NCBI GenBank assembly: GCA_947450605.1
Contig: CANFWB010000004.1
Location: 1,013 to 65,012, forward strand
Direction of reading: 5' to 3'
DNA from: Burkholderiaceae bacterium
GTDB taxonomy: Bacteria > Pseudomonadota > Gammaproteobacteria > Burkholderiales > Burkholderiaceae
DNA length: 64,000 bases
The translations under genes and the position numbers were made by a program. Below, one piece after another: positions 57,697 to 64,000 of this stretch. The first letter of the stretch is position 1. The number at the start of each line of letters is the position of its first letter. Below the pieces are notes generated by a model. It saw only the letters and a list, made by a program, of their open reading frames with translations, was not told where the DNA came from and made no database searches.

Positions 57697-60564
57697 ATGA
57701 CCATCCAATCTGAAGCTGCGCTAGAAGAGGCGCTCATCAAGCAACTCCAGTCAATGGAGTACTCCCGCGTAGAGATTCTGGATGAGTCTGCCATGCTGGC
57801 TAACTTAAGGCGTCAGCTTGAGCTCCATAACGAAAACACTCACCATATTCCCAACCTTTGCTTTAGCGACAAGGAATATGAGCAGATCCTCAATAAGCTA
57901 AACACCGGTAACGTCTTTGACCGCGCAGAAATCCTTCGAGATAAATTTGCCTTAAAGCGTGACAACGGGGATGTTATCTGGATCACCTTCTTAAACCATG
58001 TTGACTGGTGCCAGAACGAGTTCCAAGTCACCAACCAAATATCAACAGAAGGTAAGCGCAAGAATCGTTACGACGTCACGATCCTGATCAATGGCCTGCC
58101 TTTGGTTCAGATAGAGCTAAAGCGCCGTGGCATGGATCTAAAGGTTGCTTTTGACCAAATCATTCGCTACAAGCATGAGTCCTATGATGCGGGCTATGGC
58201 TTATTTCAGTATGTTCAGCTCTTTGTCATTAGCAATGGCGTCAATACCAAGTATTTCTCTAACAATAAGAGCATTAAAGAGTTCACCTTCAAGCAGACCT
58301 TCTTCTGGTCTACCAAAGAAAATAAGCGCATCTCAGACCTGCATGACTTTAGTGCTGAATTCCTAAAGCCTTGCCATATAGCGAAGATGATTTCTCGCTA
58401 CATGGTTCTGACAGTAGACAAGTTGCTTTTAGTAATGCGCCCTTACCAGTATTACGCAGTAGAGGCCCTAATTGAAAAGGTAAAAACCAGTAAGTCCAAT
58501 GCTTATATCTGGCATACAACCGGCTCAGGCAAAACCTTAACTTCGTTTAAGACCAGTCAAATCGTCGCCGAATTGCCCGAAGTCGATAAGGTGGTCTTTG
58601 TTGTTGATAGAAAAGACTTGGACTACCAAACGGAGAGGGAGTTCAATCACTTCGAAGAGGGTTCAGTCGATAGCGCACCCAATACCTCGGAGTTGGTCAA
58701 GAAACTGAATGATCCAACTTCTAAGATAGTTCTAACGACGATTCAGAAGTTAAATAACGCAATCACTCGCGATAGGCACGCCATCAAGATGGACGGCCTA
58801 AAAGATAAGAGGGTGATCTTCATCTTTGATGAGTGCCATCGTAGCCAGTTTGGCGAAAACCACAAAAACATTAAGCAGTATTTCAGTAACTGCCAAATGT
58901 TTGGCTTTACTGGAACGCCGATTCTGGAGAAGAACGCATCTTCGCATGGTGGGCGCAAGCAAACAACCGCAGATCTATTCGGTACTTGCCTGCATAAATA
59001 TCTCATTGTTGATGCGATACGGGATGAGAACGTCTTACGCTTTTCTGTTGAGTATGTCGGTCGATACAAGAAAAAAGAATCTGGTAGCCACCTGGATATC
59101 GACGTCGAGTCAATCGATACTAAGGAGTTGATGGAGGCTGACGACCGGCTTAATAAGATCACTGATTACATCATTGATCATCACCGCCAAAAGACCAAGC
59201 ATCCAGACTTTACTGCAATGTTCTGCGTTGACAGTGTAGATTCATTGATTCGCTACTACGACTTATTCAAACAGAAAATTGCAGAAACAGGCTCAGACTT
59301 AAAGATTGCCACCATATTTAGCTACCAACAGAATGAGGCTAATCCTGAGGCTGATGGTACCGGCGGCGTAATTCCTGAAGATGATGGCGTAACTCCTGAA
59401 AAGGTGACCTATAGCCGAGACAAGCTAGATCAATACATCAATGACTATAACGAGATGTTTGGTACCAAGTTCTCGACTAAAGATAGCCAGGACTATTACA
59501 ACTACTACAAAGATATTGCTAAGCGCGTACGCCAGGGGCAAGTAGACATCCTATTGGTAGTCAATATGTTCCTCACTGGTTTTGATAGTCCAAGACTCAA
59601 TACGCTTTACGTTGATAAGAACTTAAAGTACCACGGCTTAATTCAGGCATTCTCTAGAACTAATCGCATTCTGAACGATAAGAAATCACAGGGCAATATC
59701 ATTTGCTTTAGAAATCTAAAGGAAAAGACGGATGAAGCGATTGCCTTATTCTCCAATAAGGATGCTAAGGAAACAGTGCTGCTAGAGCCTTATGAGAATT
59801 ACGTTGAAAAATATAACCTAGCGGTTGAAGCACTCCTTGCCTTAACTCCAACCGTTTCATCGGTAGATGATTTGCAGGATGAGAACGAGCAGCTGCTATT
59901 TGTAACGCGCTTTAGAGAGCTTCTTAAGTTAAAGAATGTAATCACTTCGTTTACTGACTACAAGGAGGGGGATCTGGCTCTTACTGAGCAAGGTTTTGAA
60001 GATTACAAGTCTAAGTACCTCGATATCTATGAACGCGTCAAGCATGAGAATGCCAAAGAGAAAGATTCCATTCTGAATGACGTGGACTTTGAAATTGTTC
60101 TCATTCATCGGGACCAAATTAATGTTGCCTACATCATCCTGTTGTTAACCGAATGGTTAAAGAATGGCGGCAAGGGTAAAAAGGGCGAAGGAATTAAAAA
60201 GCAGATTGATGACTATCTATCTGGCGAGATTCAATTGCGCTCTAAGAGAGCACTTATTGAGCAATTTATTGAAGAAAGCCTCAGTGGCCTATCTCCTGAC
60301 GGGGTTGCAGAAGAGTTTGAAGTGTTTTGGGCCAAGAAGAAGAAGGCCGCCTTTGATGCGCTATGTCAGTCTGAAGGGGTTAATGGGCCGAAGCTTCAAG
60401 CTTTACTAGAAGGCTATGAATTTACAAACCAAGCCCCAAGGTCGGAGGAGTTAATTGAAGTCCTGGAGCAAAAGCCCAAAATTTTGGAGCGTAAATCAAC
60501 TTTAGTAAGGGTTGGGGATGCGATTGCCCGATTTATTGATACCTTTATAGAGGGCATGGGCTAA
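57697..60564 (+). CDS. hsdR: Type I R-M restriction subunit
   Basis: RYDVTILINGLPLVQIELK nuclease motif, HTTGSGKT, DECHRS, GFTGTP, LTGFD, QAFSRTNR. Confidence 0.96.
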   Translation: MTIQSEAALEEALIKQLQSMEYSRVEILDESAMLANLRRQLELHNENTHHIPNLCFSDKEYEQILNKLNTGNVFDRAEILRDKFALKRDNGDVIWITFLNHVDWCQNEFQVTNQISTEGKRKNRYDVTILINGLPLVQIELKRRGMDLKVAFDQIIRYKHESYDAGYGLFQYVQLFVISNGVNTKYFSNNKSIKEFTFKQTFFWSTKENKRISDLHDFSAEFLKPCHIAKMISRYMVLTVDKLLLVMRPYQYYAVEALIEKVKTSKSNAYIWHTTGSGKTLTSFKTSQIVAELPEVDKVVFVVDRKDLDYQTEREFNHFEEGSVDSAPNTSELVKKLNDPTSKIVLTTIQKLNNAITRDRHAIKMDGLKDKRVIFIFDECHRSQFGENHKNIKQYFSNCQMFGFTGTPILEKNASSHGGRKQTTADLFGTCLHKYLIVDAIRDENVLRFSVEYVGRYKKKESGSHLDIDVESIDTKELMEADDRLNKITDYIIDHHRQKTKHPDFTAMFCVDSVDSLIRYYDLFKQKIAETGSDLKIATIFSYQQNEANPEADGTGGVIPEDDGVTPEKVTYSRDKLDQYINDYNEMFGTKFSTKDSQDYYNYYKDIAKRVRQGQVDILLVVNMFLTGFDSPRLNTLYVDKNLKYHGLIQAFSRTNRILNDKKSQGNIICFRNLKEKTDEAIALFSNKDAKETVLLEPYENYVEKYNLAVEALLALTPTVSSVDDLQDENEQLLFVTRFRELLKLKNVITSFTDYKEGDLALTEQGFEDYKSKYLDIYERVKHENAKEKDSILNDVDFEIVLIHRDQINVAYIILLLTEWLKNGGKGKKGEGIKKQIDDYLSGEIQLRSKRALIEQFIEESLSGLSPDGVAEEFEVFWAKKKKAAFDALCQSEGVNGPKLQALLEGYEFTNQAPRSEELIEVLEQKPKILERKSTLVRVGDAIARFIDTFIEGMG

Positions 60565-60633
60565 TGGCATCTAATGCTAAATCGAGTATTAGTGAGACTT
60601 TTACCTAATTTGAATGAAATTACTGGACCGGAT

Positions 60634-61080
60634 ATGAAAACACTCTACATAGATATGGATAACGTATTGGTGGATTTCCCATCAGGAATAGCAAGAACCC
60701 CTGAGCATATACAAGACCAGTATGAAGACCGATTGGATGAGGTTCCAGGCATCTTCTATTTAATGGATCCAATTCCGGGTGCAATTGCTGCATATGAAGA
60801 GTTGGCTACCATGTTCGACACCTATATTCTTTCAACTGCCCCCTGGGGTAATCCTAGCGCTTGGTCGGATAAATTGCTGTGGGTAAAAGACTATCTAGAT
60901 AAGCCAGCATATAAACGCTTAATCCTAAGTCACCATAAGAATCTGAATGATGGAGATTTCTTGGTGGATGATCGTCTTAAGAACGGGGTAGATCGATTCA
61001 AGGGTGAGCATATTCACTTCGCTACCCCTGAATTTCCAGATTGGGAAACTGTTGTCCGTTATTTAAAAACCAAAGTCTAG
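60634..61080 (+). CDS. 5'(3')-deoxyribonucleotidase-like HAD phosphatase (NT5C family)
   Basis: YIDMDNVLVDF (DxD motif), LSTAP, K..W, LVDDR..N. Confidence 0.85.
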   Translation: MKTLYIDMDNVLVDFPSGIARTPEHIQDQYEDRLDEVPGIFYLMDPIPGAIAAYEELATMFDTYILSTAPWGNPSAWSDKLLWVKDYLDKPAYKRLILSHHKNLNDGDFLVDDRLKNGVDRFKGEHIHFATPEFPDWETVVRYLKTKV

Positions 61081-61403
61081 ATTATTTTCATGGCGCTATT
61101 GGCGCTTAACTTGGCCTTGCTTTCGAGATACTCATAAGGGTTAAAGGTATCCAGATTATCAGCCCCACGAATGCATGGGACCGGACCATAATTTAAATAC
61201 TCTTGCATCAAAGCGTGTCCAGCGAGAGATGAATATCGCGGTTTGCATAAGACCCGATCAATTACTCTCATGCATGCATCCACAGCATCTGTAAGATCCT
61301 CGTAATCCCCAATTTGAATCCAGGCGCACTGATCCATGGGGCGGTTATGGTCAAAGACCTCAACTCTAAGTGGTTTGGCTAAATTCACTGCATGCATAGT
61401 CAT
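61077..61403 (-). CDS. Hypothetical protein
   Basis: 108-aa ORF with Shine-Dalgarno (CAGGGG), downstream of and co-oriented with alpA. Confidence 0.6.
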   Translation of the reverse strand: MTMHAVNLAKPLRVEVFDHNRPMDQCAWIQIGDYEDLTDAVDACMRVIDRVLCKPRYSSLAGHALMQEYLNYGPVPCIRGADNLDTFNPYEYLESKAKLSANSAMKII

Positions 61404-61455
61404 CCCCTGAGTTTTCCGTAGGATTGTTAGCTTACCCTCAGGGGATACCCATCTT

Positions 61456-61671
61456 TTAATTGGTGGATTGACCACTCCTGTCCCGAATAAATGCCTGCAC
61501 CTGTTCAATTGTCCAAAACGAAGACCTTCCAATCTTGATTGGTTTGGGAAACTCACCTCTCTGAACCATCAACCAAAACTTAGATTTCGATACCGGCATA
61601 ACTTTTAATATTTGTGGAATTCTCATTAAGGTAATTGGTGGGATTTGGGGGGTTGATTGACTCATCATCAT
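61456..61671 (-). CDS. alpA: AlpA-family regulator/excisionase
   Basis: LMRIPQI....PVSKSKFW..V..GEFPKPIKIGRSSFW. Confidence 0.9.
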   Translation of the reverse strand: MMMSQSTPQIPPITLMRIPQILKVMPVSKSKFWLMVQRGEFPKPIKIGRSSFWTIEQVQAFIRDRSGQSTN

Positions 61672-62216
61672 CTCCTTAGTGGGCGCGCTTTAAGTTTTTA
61701 CGATAAACCTGCAACGCCATCTTTGCAGAACTCATTTTTGTGTATCCATATGATCGATACAGGCTGTACAAGCGAAATGCCACCATTTAATTTAATCTCC
61801 TATTGTGTTTTGTTATGCATCATTTTGTGTGCTGCTGAAGTGCAATGTAGTCAATGGAATTTTGGTGGTCAACCAAATGTCAATACCCACTTTGAAGACG
61901 CATATTAATTTTTGACTACAAAAAAATATTTATTCATAGAAGTGACACAAGCCATATAAATAAATGGCTACAGCCTTGTCAGAAGTTTCTGATAAGGCCA
62001 AGAGAGTGGTGGACATACATAGACCAATAAATACTTCAGCTAAAGAAAATCATTCTCACGAATATCTCAAACATGGATGACAGCGAATTGATGAATAAAT
62101 AAATTAAAGAAAAATTCAGAAAAAACGCGTTTGACGATACGCTTTCCGATTGTTAGATTCATCTCTTGCAAAAAATATTGCACGCAAGAAAAAGAACTAC
62201 ACGGAGACAGATTGAG

Positions 62217-63149
62217 ATGAATTACTACGAGCATCACATTGGAGATTATGCAGAGGCGACTGCGCATCTTACATTCATAGAGGATGCAACCTACAGCCGC
62301 CTCATCAGAAAGTACTACGCCACAGAAAAACCGCTACCTATCGAAATCAAGTTGGTACAAAGATTGATCAACGCACGATCAAAAGAAGAAAAAAATGCAG
62401 TTGTCTCCGTTCTCAATGAATTTTTTACCCTCACTGATGATGGCTGGAGACAAGAACGCTGCGATCATGAAATAGCCCGCTTTAAAGATAAGCAACTCAA
62501 AGCCAGGCGCAGCGCAGAAGGCAGATGGCAATCATTTCCAAATGATGATTTATCAGCAGAAAATCCATCAAACAATGGATGCGTTCGCAATGCGACCGCA
62601 ATGCGAACGCATTGCTCACCAGACACCAAACACCAGTCACCAGTCACCAATCTCCATACACCAGGCAAACAAAACAATGGGGGTGAAAAGGAAAAAATTC
62701 CTCAAGGACCACCCATTTCAACGGATGAAGAAAAACTTTTCCAGGGGCGTATCGAAAAATATAAAAGCTTTGCAGCCATGATCAGCAAGGAGGGCAGAGC
62801 TATAGCCGTAGATGATTACCGTATACGAGATATCGTCAATCTCGGGGTATCAGAAGCCGAGGTGGCAGAGGCCATCGCCACAGCTAAGGAAACGCGCATG
62901 AAGGTCTCAAACCCAACCCCCATCAATGCAGGCTATGTCTTGGCCATACTCAAAGGGGTGCGTAAGAAGACAGAAGCGGCTAGCGCAGACGAAGATGCCT
63001 GGTGGAAAACCAATGAAGGCATAGACACTAAAGGTAGGGAGCTGGCGATGAATGCCCAAGGCTCTGAAAGCTATGACTCGTTCAAAACCCGAATCTTTGC
63101 TGAACTACGCAAACGCCAAGAAGCCATGGAGAAGTCCAATGCAAACTAA
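62217..63149 (+). CDS. YdaU/DUF1376 phage replication-initiator-like protein
   Basis: MNYYEHHIGDY...TAHLT..E...Y.RL...YY..E.PL, VL.EFF...DGW.Q.RCD.EI. Confidence 0.85.
   Translation: MNYYEHHIGDYAEATAHLTFIEDATYSRLIRKYYATEKPLPIEIKLVQRLINARSKEEKNAVVSVLNEFFTLTDDGWRQERCDHEIARFKDKQLKARRSAEGRWQSFPNDDLSAENPSNNGCVRNATAMRTHCSPDTKHQSPVTNLHTPGKQNNGGEKEKIPQGPPISTDEEKLFQGRIEKYKSFAAMISKEGRAIAVDDYRIRDIVNLGVSEAEVAEAIATAKETRMKVSNPTPINAGYVLAILKGVRKKTEAASADEDAWWKTNEGIDTKGRELAMNAQGSESYDSFKTRIFAELRKRQEAMEKSNAN
62579..62665. repeat. Inverted repeat plus 7 x 7-bp tandem array inside the replication gene (candidate origin)
   Basis: ATGCGTTCGCA..TGCGAACGCAT (62579-62612); CACCAGA CACCAAA CACCAGT CACCAGT CACCAAT CTCCATA CACCAGG (62617-62665). 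Confidence 0.7.
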
Positions 63150-63369
63150 TTCAACCTTTGCAGGCGTCATTGATCGCCTAGACATGGAAGACTTTCCCAT
63201 TGGATCAAAGGTAAAGACCCCAAGTGGGCGCGTAGGTACCGTGGTCAAACATCGTGGAGCCCAAAGCCGTCATGACTTATTCCAAAGAATCATCATCGAG
63301 TTTGATGAACCCCTTGGAGACTCAGTAGCACTTCAACCCCATCTTTTAAAGTTGATCAAAACCCCATGA
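63139..63369 (+). CDS. Small hypothetical phage protein (KOW/SH3-like)
   Basis: 76 aa; FPIGSKVKTPSGRVGTVV; overlaps both neighbours. Confidence 0.65.
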   Translation: MQTNSTFAGVIDRLDMEDFPIGSKVKTPSGRVGTVVKHRGAQSRHDLFQRIIIEFDEPLGDSVALQPHLLKLIKTP

Positions 63370-63836
63370 TTGAAAACAATCAAAAGAAATCAAAGAAACC
63401 AGCACCAAGCAAAAGCAAGGGAGGGGCAAGGCTTGGAGCCGGTCGCAAGGAGGGCAGTCTAACCAAGCGTACCCGTCAGATTGCTGAGGTAGCCGCTGCC
63501 CAGGGTATTACCCCCTTGGAAGTCATGATGAGTGCGATGATGGAGCTCTACAAGGAAGCAGGTAATTGCAGTCGTGAAAGTAATCGACATCATGACCATG
63601 GTGATAAGGCTAACGAACATGATGATGGTCATGACGCCATGATTGCGGCGAACCGCATCAAGCTACTGAACATGGCCGCCACCATCGCCAGGCATGCTGC
63701 GCCGTATGTGCATCCACGTCTATCCGCAATAGAGCACACCGGTAAAGATGGTGCACCTCTACAAAGTGGGGTCTTGGTGGTACCTAGCGCCATGAGTATG
63801 GATGAGTGGGAGCAAGCTGCCCAACCAAAACACTAG
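63366..63836 (+). CDS. terS: Probable terminase small subunit
   Basis: GGAR.GAGRK.GS, ITPLEVM, AAPYVHPRL.AIEHTGKDGAPL; immediately upstream of terL. Confidence 0.7.
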   Translation: MIENNQKKSKKPAPSKSKGGARLGAGRKEGSLTKRTRQIAEVAAAQGITPLEVMMSAMMELYKEAGNCSRESNRHHDHGDKANEHDDGHDAMIAANRIKLLNMAATIARHAAPYVHPRLSAIEHTGKDGAPLQSGVLVVPSAMSMDEWEQAAQPKH

Positions 63837-63839
63837 CCC

Positions 63840-64000
63840 ATGAAAACTATCTGGGCACCATTGCCCGGTAGCCAGACACTATTTCTGACATGCCCTGTGT
63901 ATGAGGTGTTGCTTGAAGGCACCAGAGGAGGAGGCAAGACCGATACCTTGCTCATGAGCTATGCCCAACATGTAGGTAGAGGCTATGGGGATCATTGGCG
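63840..64000 (+). CDS. terL: Terminase large subunit, N-terminus (truncated by the window)
   Basis: MKTIWAPLPGSQTLFLTCPVYEVLLEGTRGGGKTDTLLM: P..Q adenine-binding motif plus Walker A; absent from the ORF track. Confidence 0.8.
   Translation, partial: MKTIWAPLPGSQTLFLTCPVYEVLLEGTRGGGKTDTLLMSYAQHVGRGYGDHW

Larger units (their letters stand above)
54552..64000. mobile_element. Left part of a tRNA-Ser-integrated prophage- or satellite-like element; continues past the window
   Basis: Abrupt change from core genes to type I R-M, AlpA, DUF1376 replication gene and terS/terL directly after the tRNA; no integrase in the window. Confidence 0.8.

Noticed and set aside
17137-60409. Many 60-160-aa ORFs antisense or out of frame within long genes
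   Set aside because: They lie within well-supported CDSs and carry no recognisable motifs.
61657-61908. Possible repressor ORF between alpA and the replication gene
   Set aside because: No HTH signature, atypical Cys-rich composition, and it overlaps the alpA start; probably non-coding.
62617-62665. CRISPR array or phase-variable repeat
   Set aside because: No spacers or cas genes, and the units are imperfect; an origin interpretation fits better.

Overview
About 64 kb of a betaproteobacterial chromosome; gene content and protein style suggest a Polynucleobacter-like Burkholderiaceae (inference). From left to right: (1) the end of a surface/glycan locus with a Ser/Thr-rich Hint-domain protein, a TPR-glycosyltransferase, a GT4, manC, galE, gmd and fcl; (2) a c-di-GMP/cNMP signalling cluster with an atypical LuxR-type regulator, a periplasmic-sensor GGDEF protein and an MscS-cNMP channel; (3) a Pif1-like helicase, a hicBA-type toxin-antitoxin (TA) pair and a probable mazE remnant; (4) ggt, bug and lrgAB, divergent from an operon joining an IorAB-type molybdo-hydroxylase to a non-canonical soxXYZA set with no soxB/CD; (5) core genes (purU, acylase, tonB-exbBD, murI, fumarase, acs, phasin, two-subunit formate dehydrogenase, nadB/C/A interleaved with three TA modules, pgm, pgi, lhgO-like) and three tRNAs; (6) from tRNA-Ser(TGA) to the window end, an integrated phage-like element carrying a type I R-M system, a HAD deoxyribonucleotidase, AlpA, a DUF1376/YdaU replication gene with internal repeats, and terS/terL. 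The best candidates for undescribed biology are the iorAB-soxXYZA operon, the Hint/TPR-GT surface system with its VpsT-like regulator, and the compact tRNA-Ser element with R-M plus nucleotidase cargo. All family calls come from motif recognition by eye; no database searches were run.
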